From Bifidobacterium longum subsp. longum JCM 1217 (GTDB lineage Bacteria > Actinomycetota > Actinomycetes > Actinomycetales > Bifidobacteriaceae), in NCBI RefSeq assembly GCF_000196555.1, contig NC_015067.1:30001-62000 (forward strand): a stretch of DNA of 32,000 nucleotides, in the 5' to 3' direction. The notes below the pieces were generated by a model, which was not told where the DNA came from, did not search any database, and saw only the letters and a list, made by a program, of their open reading frames with translations. Shown here piece by piece: positions 1-8,335 of this stretch; the first letter of the stretch is position 1; each line of letters starts with the position of its first letter. Position numbers and translations under genes: made by a program.

Positions 1-30
1 CCGAACGAATAGGTGGTGAATATCACGCGA

Positions 31-1374
31 CTATTTGGCATCGTCGCTTTGTGATTCGGCCGGCAGCGGCGCATGGTCCGGGGCGCCGGCTTTGCGGACT
101 TCGATGGTTTCGATGCGGCGGCCATCCACCTTGGTGACGACCATGTTGTAGCCGTCGTCGGAATGCAGCACGTCGCCTACCGCTCCCATCTTGCCGGTCT
201 TGGACAAGAAGTAGCCGGCGACCGTCTCGTACGGGCCGTCCTCCAATTCGATGCCGGTCAGATCGGCGAAGTCCTCAATGGTCATGCTGGCCTCGATCGT
301 GGCCACGCCATTGACGAACGCGGTGCTGGTGGTGCGTTCGCCGCCCTTCTCGCTGGGCAGATCGTACTCATCGCGAATATCGCCCACAAGCTCCTCGGTC
401 ATATCCTCAAGCGTCACGATGCCGTCCGTGCCGCCGTACTCGTCGATGACCACGGCCAGATGGATGCCGCGCTTACGCAGCAGTTCCAGGCTTGGCAGCA
501 GCTTGGAGGTGCCGGGCAGGGAGATGCCTTCGCGCACCACATCGCGCACGATCTTGGCGTTCGGATCGCGCACGTCCAGCAGATCGCGCACATGCACGAA
601 GCCGATCACGTCGTCGAAATCCTTGCCGGTCACCGGGTAACGGGAGTACGGCTGGTCGCGTACGAACGCGGCGGCCTCGGCCAAGGGCTGGTCGCCCTCG
701 ATGAAGACCACGTCGGCACGTGGGCGCATCACCTCGGCGACGATGGTTTCGGACGCGTCGAACACATCGTCCAGAATCGTGCGTTCGTCCTTGGAGAGGT
801 TGGTGTTGGAGCTGACCAGCACGCGCAGCTCGTCGTCGGACACCTCGGACTCGGTCTGCTGCGGGTCGAAGCCGAGCAGGCGGACGATGCCGTTCGTGTT
901 CTTGCCGATGAGCCAGATGATCGGGCGGCAGACGGCGGCGAAGGCGTCGATGGCGGGCACCACGGCGCGCGCGATCTGCTCGGTGCGCTGCATGGCGATG
1001 CGCTTGGGCACCATCTCGGAGATCACGATGGAACAGTAGGAGATGATGAGGGTCAGGATGATGTTCACCAGGCCGCCGGCGATGCCGGGGTGCACGCCCC
1101 AGCTTTCGACCGCCGGAATCAGGTAGGGGGCGATGGAAGAGGCGCCGAACGAGGCGGACAGGAAGCCGGAGAGCGTCACGCCGATCTGCACGGTGGACAG
1201 GAAGGTGTTCGGGTCACGTGCGATTTTGGCGACTTTGGCGCCGCGAGCGTCCTCCTGCTCCATTTGCTCGATCTGCGAGCCGCGCAGAGAGACCAATGCC
1301 AACTCGGTGCCGGAGAACACGGAACCGATAACGAGAAATACAAAAATCAGGAGGATGTTCAAACCAAGTGACAT
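31..1374 (-). CDS. CBS-domain membrane protein, CorC/TlyC 'hemolysin-like' family (DUF21-CBS-CorC_HlyC architecture)
   Basis: ORF 31..1404. It has a hydrophobic DUF21-like N-terminus (MSLGLNILLIFVFLVIGSVFSGTELALVSL), a central CBS-pair-like region and a CorC_HlyC-like C-terminus. The ORF-track start at 1404 is TTG, so I prefer the ATG at 1374. Confidence 0.85.
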   Translation of the reverse strand: MSLGLNILLIFVFLVIGSVFSGTELALVSLRGSQIEQMEQEDARGAKVAKIARDPNTFLSTVQIGVTLSGFLSASFGASSIAPYLIPAVESWGVHPGIAGGLVNIILTLIISYCSIVISEMVPKRIAMQRTEQIARAVVPAIDAFAAVCRPIIWLIGKNTNGIVRLLGFDPQQTESEVSDDELRVLVSSNTNLSKDERTILDDVFDASETIVAEVMRPRADVVFIEGDQPLAEAAAFVRDQPYSRYPVTGKDFDDVIGFVHVRDLLDVRDPNAKIVRDVVREGISLPGTSKLLPSLELLRKRGIHLAVVIDEYGGTDGIVTLEDMTEELVGDIRDEYDLPSEKGGERTTSTAFVNGVATIEASMTIEDFADLTGIELEDGPYETVAGYFLSKTGKMGAVGDVLHSDDGYNMVVTKVDGRRIETIEVRKAGAPDHAPLPAESQSDDAK

Positions 1375-1633
1375 GGCTTCAACTCTAGGGGAGTGGCACG
1401 TCAAATTGGGGTGTGCTGGCTGGGCAGTAAGAAACTCGGCAAAGGGAAGGGCACTCTTATCATTACTGCGGCCGACGTGTCGACCGGTGTTTCCGATGCG
1501 TTGCTCGCCTTCGACGATGCCGTATGCGCTCCAGCGCTGGACGGCATTACTAGTGCAGAGAGGCTGTTTCTCGCGGCTATGGCCAAGGATTCGCCAAATC
1601 CCACGCAGGTTGGCGATGTTGCGGATCGCACGC

Positions 1634-2317
1634 TCAGAAGCTCAGCACTTCTACTTTGCCGGAATCGAGCTGATAGCGGGCGCCGACGATCATGAGCTTG
1701 TCAGCGGCGAGGGCCTGCTGGATGACAGGAGACTGCTCCACCAAAGTTTCAATAATGTGGGCCACATGCACGCGCTCGATATCTTCATGCGCGTCGAGCT
1801 CGGCTTCGCGCGCCTGCCAGACGGACATGCCGGCCTGGCGCAGAATAATCGATTCGGCGGCGGCGATGTGCTCGTCGAGGTCGTCCATCGCATCCGCGGC
1901 CTCCAGTGAGCCGTCGGCTTCGGAAGTGATGGTGTGCATCAGGTCGTCCAGCTCCTGCTCGGCGGCCTCGATTGCGCCGCAGTGCTCGTGACCGAGCACA
2001 CAGATCAGGCTGACGTGCAGTTTCTTGACCGCGTACTCCAGCGAGGCGATAACCGCGCTATCGATGAGTTGCCCGGCGGTGCGCACGGTGAACAGGTCGC
2101 CCAGGCCCTGATCAAAAATGATTTCCGGAGGTACGCGCGAGTCCGAGCAGGAGAGCACCGCGGCATCCGGGTTCTGGCCATCAAGCAACGTTTGACGGGT
2201 CTCCTGATCCTGCCATGGATGGTCGGGCTTGCCCTCGGCAAAGCGCCGGTTGCCTTGCAGCATGCGACTCCACGTTGCGTTTGCGGTCGATTCCTGTTCA
2301 AAGTCTGACTGAGCCAT
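1634..2317 (-). CDS. beta-class carbonic anhydrase
   Basis: The 227-aa ORF carries the zinc-ligand motifs CSDSRV and HEHCGA and the FTVRTAGQ motif. A GGAGG Shine-Dalgarno lies just upstream of the ATG at 2317. Confidence 0.85.
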   Translation of the reverse strand: MAQSDFEQESTANATWSRMLQGNRRFAEGKPDHPWQDQETRQTLLDGQNPDAAVLSCSDSRVPPEIIFDQGLGDLFTVRTAGQLIDSAVIASLEYAVKKLHVSLICVLGHEHCGAIEAAEQELDDLMHTITSEADGSLEAADAMDDLDEHIAAAESIILRQAGMSVWQAREAELDAHEDIERVHVAHIIETLVEQSPVIQQALAADKLMIVGARYQLDSGKVEVLSF

Positions 2318-2519
2318 GAAACCTCCATTATCAGCGGGCTGCTGATTGCCATATTAGCGAGTATTCGCGCATAGTCGTGATTGGGGCAACGGCCATTTGG
2401 GCACAAGGGTTGCGGGTGGTGTGATAAGGCTCATACGTTACACCCGCGCGAGCCGTGGCTCACCACATTACGATAGGTGGTGGTAAACGCTTGAAGATTA
2501 ACAATTCCCGAAAGGACCG

Positions 2520-3086
2520 ATGATGACTCTTCTGCAGCATGAACTGACCGATTTCAAGGTGAACGCATTCCAGAACAATGAGTTCCACGAAGTGACCAAG
2601 GACGATGTGCTCGGCCACTGGTCCCTGTTCTTCTTCTACCCGGCCGACTTCACCTTCGTGTGCCCCACCGAGCTTGAAGACCTGGCCGAGAACTACGCCA
2701 AGTTCAAGGAAATCGGTTGCGAGATCTACTCCGTCTCCTGCGACACCCACTTCGTGCACAAGGCTTGGCACGACGCCAACGAGAAGATCGCCAAGATCGA
2801 GTACCCGATGCTTGCCGACCCGACCGCCCTGCTGGCCAAGGATCTCGACACCTACAACGAGGCCGATGGCGTGGCTGAGCGTGGCGACTTCATCGTGAGC
2901 CCGGAGGGCAAGGTCGTGGCCTACGAGGTCATCTCCTCCAACGTGGGCCGCAACGCCGAGGAGCTGCTGCGCCGCGTGCAGGCCTCCCAGTTCGTCTACG
3001 AGCACGGCGACCAGGTCTGCCCCGCCAACTGGACCCCTGGCGAGGAAACCATCGAGCCCAGCCTCGACCTCGTCGGCCAGCTGTGA
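2520..3086 (+). CDS. ahpC: alkyl hydroperoxide reductase subunit C (typical 2-Cys peroxiredoxin)
   Basis: The 188-aa ORF has the peroxidatic Cys motif FFFYPADFTFVCPTE and a resolving Cys near the C-terminus (DQVCPANW). Confidence 0.9.
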   Translation: MMTLLQHELTDFKVNAFQNNEFHEVTKDDVLGHWSLFFFYPADFTFVCPTELEDLAENYAKFKEIGCEIYSVSCDTHFVHKAWHDANEKIAKIEYPMLADPTALLAKDLDTYNEADGVAERGDFIVSPEGKVVAYEVISSNVGRNAEELLRRVQASQFVYEHGDQVCPANWTPGEETIEPSLDLVGQL

Positions 3087-3111
3087 TCGACACTGAATAG
3101 GCGGTAATCTT

Positions 3112-3233
3112 GGCCCCCCTTTCTGAGGGGAGCTGTCGCTGAAAGCGACTGGGGGGAGTGCTCGCGAGAGCTAGCCTGATCCGATATGCTCCCCTCAGTC
3201 TCACTACGACAGCTCCCCTCAGAGAGGGGAGCC
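3112..3233. repeat. GC-rich intergenic inverted-repeat element built from GGGGAGC / GCTCCCC units
   Basis: CTGAGGGGAGCTGTCG (3124-3139) is the exact reverse complement of CGACAGCTCCCCTCAG (3207-3222). Extra GCTCCCCTCAG (3188-3198) and GAGGGGAGC (3224-3232) units are present. A related CTCAGGTGGGGGGAGCTC occurs near 24916-24933. Confidence 0.7.
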
Positions 3234-3254
3234 AGTGTATGTAAGGGAGTTTTC

Positions 3255-5171
3255 ATGACTCAGACCAACAATCTCTATGACGTCGTCGTCATTGGTGGCG
3301 GGCCGGCTGGCCTGACGGCCGGCCTGTACTTGGCCCGCGCTCGCTACCGTGTGCTGATTCTTGAAAAAGATGATTTCGGCGGCCAGATCACCATCACCAA
3401 CGAAGTCGTCAACTATCCGGGCGTGGGCCGCACCACGGGCCGCGCGCTCACCCAGACCATGCGTCAGCAGGCTCAGGACTTTGGTGCCGAATTCCTCTCC
3501 GCCGAAGCCACCGGTCTCGACGTGGATGGTGACATCAAAACCGTGCACACCTCACGCGGCGACCTCAAGACCTTCGGCATCCTCATCGCCACCGGCGCCA
3601 GCCCGCGCAAGCTGGGCTTCGAGGGCGAGGCCGAGTACGCCGGCCGCGGCGTGGCCTACTGCGCCACCTGCGACGGCGAGTTCTTCACCGGCAAGGAAGT
3701 ACTGGTGGTCGGCGGCGGATTCGCCGCAGCCGAGGAATCCGTGTTCCTGACCAAATACGCCTCCAAAGTCACCGTGCTCGTGCGCGAACCGGACTTCACC
3801 TGCGATGCCGCAGTGGCCGCCGAAGCCAAGAACAACCCGAAGATCGACGTGCGTTATCAGGTCGAGCTGAAGGGCGTCACCGCCGGCCAAGGAGGCCTGC
3901 GAGAAGCCTCAATCCTGAACCTTGCCACCGGCCAGACCGAAACGTGGAAGCCCGCCGACGCCGGCACCTTCGGCGTCTTCGTGTTCGCCGGCTATGTGCC
4001 CGCCACCGATTTGGTGCGCGGCGTGGTGGAGCTCGACGACCACGGTTACGTGGTCACGCACGACTACCTCAGAACTTCGGTGCCGGGCGTGTACGCGGCC
4101 GGCGATCTGCGCGTCAAGAACCTGCGCCAGGTGGTCACCGCCACCGCCGACGGTGCGATTGCCGCCGTGGAACTGGAGCGTTACGCCAAGCAGATGAGCG
4201 AGAAAACCGGCTTGGTGCCGCCGCGTCCCACTGCTTCCGCTTATGAGGAGTCCGAGGCCAAGGCCGCCTCCGCCGCCTCGGCCGCTGGCACGACGCCCGC
4301 CCCGGCTCCCGCCAAACGCAGCGCCGATGCCGCAGCCGCAGCCAGCGCCGCCAAGAAGCCCGGCGAACTGTTCTCCGCCGCCGTCAAGCAGCAGCTTGGC
4401 GTGGTCTTCGGACGCATGACCCGCCCGGTCACGCTCGCTCTCGAACTGGACGGCACTCCGCTTTCGGCGGAATTGCAGGGTTTCATCGGCGAGATGGTTG
4501 CGCTGTCCGGCGGCAAGCTGAACTCGGTTGCCGTTGATGCCGCAGGGCTGATCACGGCGGTGGATGGTGCTTCTGTGCCTACTTCTTTGGTGGTCGGCGA
4601 ACCGCTGTCCGTCACCTTGCCGGACGGCACCGAACTGCCCACTTATGGTTCGTTGGACGATTCCGGCCGCGCCACATTCGACGTCGCCGGCGTCCTGCCG
4701 CTCGCCCGCCCAACTGTGCGCATCTGCGTGCCGGCTGAGGGCGACGGCAAGGCCGGCAAGGACGGCAATGGTTCACTGGTCTTCACCGGTCTGGCCTTCC
4801 ACGGCGTACCTTCCGGCCACGAGTTCAACTCGTTCGTGCTCGGCCTGTACAACGCGGCCGGTCCCGGCCAGCCGCTGGGCGATGACCTGGTCGAACGCGC
4901 GAAGTCCATCACGGACCCGCTGAACATCATGATCCTCGTCTCGCTCACCTGCACGATGTGCCCGGAAACCGTGCTTGCTTCCCAGCGCATTGCCTCCCTG
5001 AGCCCGGCCGTGCGCGCCGAAGCCTACGACGTCTCGCACTTCCCCGAACTTAAGGACCAGTACGGCGCGATGAGCGTGCCCTGCATCGTCATCACCCACG
5101 CCGACGGCACCCAGCAAGTCGAATTCGGCAAAAAGAGCATCCCCCAAATGCTCGAACTGGTCGGCGCGTAA
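3255..5171 (+). CDS. thioredoxin-reductase-like flavoprotein fused to a C-terminal AhpF-N-terminal-like thioredoxin-fold domain (probable AhpC reductase)
   Basis: Start set at the ATG at 3255 (MTQTNNLYDVVVIGGGPAGL), preceded by AAGGGAG. It has a FAD motif GGGPAG, the redox centre CATCDG, a second dinucleotide motif VVGGGFAAAEE, an Ala/Pro-rich linker, and a C-terminal domain with CTMCP. It lies directly downstream of ahpC. Confidence 0.85.
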   Translation: MTQTNNLYDVVVIGGGPAGLTAGLYLARARYRVLILEKDDFGGQITITNEVVNYPGVGRTTGRALTQTMRQQAQDFGAEFLSAEATGLDVDGDIKTVHTSRGDLKTFGILIATGASPRKLGFEGEAEYAGRGVAYCATCDGEFFTGKEVLVVGGGFAAAEESVFLTKYASKVTVLVREPDFTCDAAVAAEAKNNPKIDVRYQVELKGVTAGQGGLREASILNLATGQTETWKPADAGTFGVFVFAGYVPATDLVRGVVELDDHGYVVTHDYLRTSVPGVYAAGDLRVKNLRQVVTATADGAIAAVELERYAKQMSEKTGLVPPRPTASAYEESEAKAASAASAAGTTPAPAPAKRSADAAAAASAAKKPGELFSAAVKQQLGVVFGRMTRPVTLALELDGTPLSAELQGFIGEMVALSGGKLNSVAVDAAGLITAVDGASVPTSLVVGEPLSVTLPDGTELPTYGSLDDSGRATFDVAGVLPLARPTVRICVPAEGDGKAGKDGNGSLVFTGLAFHGVPSGHEFNSFVLGLYNAAGPGQPLGDDLVERAKSITDPLNIMILVSLTCTMCPETVLASQRIASLSPAVRAEAYDVSHFPELKDQYGAMSVPCIVITHADGTQQVEFGKKSIPQMLELVGA

Positions 5172-5201
5172 GCCGCACGACCTCAGGTACTCAACAGCAA
5201 C

Positions 5202-5277
5202 AACAACGATTCTGCCAAAATCGTGACGTACATCGATTGATGCGATCGATGCGCCCGACTCCGGCAGAATCGTTGTT
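5202..5277. terminator. bidirectional stem-loop between convergent genes
   Basis: AACAACGATTCTGCC (5202-5216) pairs with GGCAGAATCGTTGTT (5263-5277). There is an inner CATCGAT/ATCGATG stem, and TTTTG follows on the + strand. Confidence 0.5.
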
Positions 5278-5287
5278 TTGCGGCAGC

Positions 5288-6574
5288 TCAGCCTCGGTCT
5301 TCGACGGCCTTCGTGACGTTTCTGTCGCCGAGGTACTTGACCAAGCTGATGCTGATCAGGGCCACGACGAACAGGCCGGTGAGCACCGGAATCAGCGCGG
5401 CGTAGCGGTGGGCCTGATCAGGCGCGTGGGCAACTACGAACGAGGCCAACTGGTTGCCGGACAGACCGGCGAACGCCCAGGCGCTCAGCGTCAGACCGTG
5501 CGTGGTGGAGACGGTTTTGGTGCCGAAGTGCTGATCAAGCAGCACGGGCAGCGTCGAGAAACCGCCACCATAGCCCGCGTTGACGAGGAACAGCATGGCC
5601 AGCACGGCCCACAGCAGAGCGTTGCCGATGCTGTTGGTGAAGATCTGCAGCAAGCACACGGCAATCGACATGATGAAGATTACCTGATAGACGGTCTCGC
5701 GGCGCTTCAGGTGGTCGGAGAGTGTGGAGAAGCCCACGCGGCCAGCCGTGTTGAACACGGAGTCCACGGCGAGCACCAGTCCGATGATGCCGGAGATGGC
5801 GGCGGCAAACTTGGCGGGGCTCAGGTTGGCATACTGCGGGAAGGCCCTGAGCACATCGTGCAGGATGTCCTTCTCTTGGCTGATGAGGGCCAGGCCGCAG
5901 GTGATGTTGATATAGAAGGCTATCCAGATGCCCCAGAACACGGGCTTCTTGAGGATTGTCTTGCGGCTGACGTGTGAGGTCGCGGGATCGTACACCCAGC
6001 CGGCCGGACGCTTGATGAGCAGGAAGCCGACGAACATCATCACCGCGTAGACCGCGGCGAGGATGAAGAACATGCTGACCAGGCCAACCGTGCCGATGAG
6101 ATATTCCATCAGTGGGCTGGCAATGGCCTTGGCCAGGCCGAAGCCGGCGACGGCGATGCCGGTGGCGAGGCCCTTGTTGTCGGCGAACCAAAGCATCAGG
6201 TTCTTGACCGGAGTCAGATAACCGACGCCCAGGCCGATGCCCATGATCGCGCCATAACAGATGAACACGCCCGGCAGGAAGTTCAGGGCGATGCTCACGC
6301 CCGTGCCGGCGAAGCCGACCACGAAGCAGACCATGGAGACGAGTGCGGATTTCTTGATGTTTTTCTCCACCATTGGCCCGGCAAACGCGGCGGACATGCC
6401 GAGGAAGAAGATGGCGAGTGAGAAGCCCCATTCCACGGAGGCGGGGCTGGCGTGGAGACGGTCAGCGATAAGCTGCTTGAACACGCTCCAGCAATAGACG
6501 GTACCGATTGGGATATGAATCAGCAGTGCAGGGATAATCGCGCTGGTCCAACGATTCTCGGTAAACCTTGCCAT
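5288..6574 (-). CDS. MFS transporter, oxalate/formate antiporter (OFA)-like
   Basis: ORF 5288..6658 encodes about 12 hydrophobic segments. The N-terminus MARFTENRWTSAIIPALLIHIPIGTVYCWSVF is typical of OFA-family MFS proteins. Start set at the ATG at 6574. Confidence 0.8.
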   Translation of the reverse strand: MARFTENRWTSAIIPALLIHIPIGTVYCWSVFKQLIADRLHASPASVEWGFSLAIFFLGMSAAFAGPMVEKNIKKSALVSMVCFVVGFAGTGVSIALNFLPGVFICYGAIMGIGLGVGYLTPVKNLMLWFADNKGLATGIAVAGFGLAKAIASPLMEYLIGTVGLVSMFFILAAVYAVMMFVGFLLIKRPAGWVYDPATSHVSRKTILKKPVFWGIWIAFYINITCGLALISQEKDILHDVLRAFPQYANLSPAKFAAAISGIIGLVLAVDSVFNTAGRVGFSTLSDHLKRRETVYQVIFIMSIAVCLLQIFTNSIGNALLWAVLAMLFLVNAGYGGGFSTLPVLLDQHFGTKTVSTTHGLTLSAWAFAGLSGNQLASFVVAHAPDQAHRYAALIPVLTGLFVVALISISLVKYLGDRNVTKAVEDRG

Positions 6575-7119
6575 ATATGGGCGGATCCTTTCGTAACTGG
6601 TGTACGATGGCCTGCCGGCCCGAACGAGAGTCGTATCGCCCATATCCACGCACATCACGACGGCATGCCCCTGTGAACCATCCGGGCTGCACGAATCGAA
6701 TCAAATCGAATCGTGCGAACTGCGAACAATTCGCTAAACATCCTTGGTGTGCATTTCATCGGCGCTGCTGGCTCTTGTCGACGCCGACAAACAGAACTAT
6801 AACGCTGTTATGGGGTTGCTGTGGCTGATTTCTGTGGTCGGAAGCTATGAGCTTTCTCACATCGAAAACAGTTATATGACGGTATCGGCGTGATTGATAC
6901 GTGACGTCTGCCCGTGGACGCGGCATATCCCTCTCGGAAAACAATGACTCCGTCATGTCCATTTCTTGGTTTGACATGTTTTCGTTTGCAGCGTCGGTGC
7001 TCACCACGGTGACCGCGGCGTTCGAGTCGCCGGGCAGGGCCTCGACCGAGGGTCTCATCCTCGGCTGAGATGTGGGCGGTACTATGGATTCTTATCGATA
7101 AGGTTCGTGATATGCGGAG

Positions 7120-8127
7120 ATGGTAACGATGGTGACCTTAAAGGATGTCGGCGAACTGGCCGGAGTGACCGCCACCACCGCCTCCGCGGCCCTGCGAGGC
7201 AAGGATTACGTCAAGCCCGAAACCACGCAACGCGTGCGTGACGCCGCCCGCAAACTCGGCTATAAAATCAACCTGTCTGGCCGGTCCCTGCGTTCTGGGC
7301 GGTCCGATACCATCACCTTCCTTACCTCGGGCCTCGAGGGCGACTATTTCTCCCATCTGGCCATGTGTGTGGCTGAGGAAGTGCACAAGCGCGACTCGCA
7401 CATGCTCATCGAACTGTCCCGGTATCTTACCGACGACAACGATCTGTCGTACACGTTTTCGGACGGCATCATCGCCATCAATGCGCCACGTGCGGTCGAT
7501 ATCCTGAAGCGGCACCCGGCCGTCATGCTGGAAAACTACGACACCAGCCTGCCCGTCGACACCGTGAACGCGCCGAGCGACGCCGGCTCACGGGCGGCAA
7601 TCGAACACCTTATCGCGCGTGGCTGTGCGCGCATCGGCATCGTCGGCGACAATCACGATCCCAACAATCCCAACATCATTCCCGGCTCGCGTGATATTCG
7701 TATGCGGGCCGCCAAGGAGACGATTCTCGCGGCCGGACTGCCGTTTGACGAGCGCCGTGATTTCATCAAATCCTCGTGGTCGATTGACGGCGGTATCGAG
7801 GCCGGGCGCGGCTTGGCCAAGAAAGGCAAGTGCAAGTACGACGGTCTGTACTGCCTGAACGACGGTATTGCGCTCGGTATTCTGCGTGGTCTGGCGGACG
7901 ATGGCGTAAGTGTGCCGGGCGATGTGCGCGTTATCGGCTTCGACGGCCTGAGCCAGAGCATGTACAGCGTGCCGACTTTGACCACCGTGGCCACCGATTT
8001 CAAGGGCATGGCGGATACCGCGCTGACCTTGCTTATGCGGCGTATCGAGAACCTGGACGACGAGTTCTTCCCGCAGACCGTGAATGTGGGCTATAAGCTC
8101 ATCGAGCGCGAATCCACTGCGGCGTAG
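7120..8127 (+). CDS. LacI-family transcriptional regulator
   Basis: N-terminal HTH (VTLKDVGELAGVTATTASAALRG...TTQRVRDAARKLGY) followed by a periplasmic-binding-protein-like sugar-binding core. The start could be 7120 or 7129. Confidence 0.9.
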   Translation: MVTMVTLKDVGELAGVTATTASAALRGKDYVKPETTQRVRDAARKLGYKINLSGRSLRSGRSDTITFLTSGLEGDYFSHLAMCVAEEVHKRDSHMLIELSRYLTDDNDLSYTFSDGIIAINAPRAVDILKRHPAVMLENYDTSLPVDTVNAPSDAGSRAAIEHLIARGCARIGIVGDNHDPNNPNIIPGSRDIRMRAAKETILAAGLPFDERRDFIKSSWSIDGGIEAGRGLAKKGKCKYDGLYCLNDGIALGILRGLADDGVSVPGDVRVIGFDGLSQSMYSVPTLTTVATDFKGMADTALTLLMRRIENLDDEFFPQTVNVGYKLIERESTAA

Positions 8128-8252
8128 AGTCTTTGGCCGTGTTGAGCTTCAATTGGGTGATTGGACTGGCACCAGCGGCTGATATCAGATATGCCGAAAG
8201 CAGCGATGATCGGATTTAAGTTGCTGGAGATGACAGGATGGATTGCTCTTTA

Positions 8253-8335
8253 CCCCTTTCACCATCTTGCAATAATTCTTACATGTAAGAACTCTCTGTT
8301 AACATGTAAGAATTATTGCAAGATGGTGAAAGGGG
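8253..8335. repeat. perfect 34-bp-arm palindrome (15-nt spacer) abutting the start codon of the next gene
   Basis: CCCCTTTCACCATCTTGCAATAATTCTTACATGT (8253-8286) is the exact reverse complement of 8302-8335. The spacer is AAGAACTCTCTGTTA. The right arm ends in GAAAGGGG immediately before the ATG at 8336. Confidence 0.9.

Noticed and set aside
73-1371. 432-aa + strand ORF; likewise 5237..5977 (+), 5535..6431 (-), 2460..3005 (-), 28545..29366 (-), 29385..30110 (-), 30876..31244 (+)
   Set aside because: All are shadow frames of well-supported genes (CBS protein, MFS, ahpC, amidohydrolase, trpS). High GC suppresses stop codons in alternative frames.
1393-1909. ORFs 1393..1695 (+), 1401..1631 (-) and 1133..1909 (+) around the CBS/carbonic anhydrase junction
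   Set aside because: They overlap gene ends or the 230-nt intergenic region, have no RBS or motifs, and show composition typical of non-coding or shadow frames.
6756-7058. 100-aa minus-strand ORF in the MFS/LacI divergent intergenic region
   Set aside because: No SD, no recognisable family and atypical composition. It is more likely untranslated promoter or leader DNA. I cannot exclude a small protein.
7091-7102. 12-bp perfect palindrome CTTATCGATAAG just upstream of the LacI gene, and ATAACCGGTTAT at 13983-13994
   Set aside because: About 8 perfect 12-bp palindromes are expected by chance in 32 kb (32000 x 4^-6). The position is suggestive of an operator but not statistically supported from this window alone.
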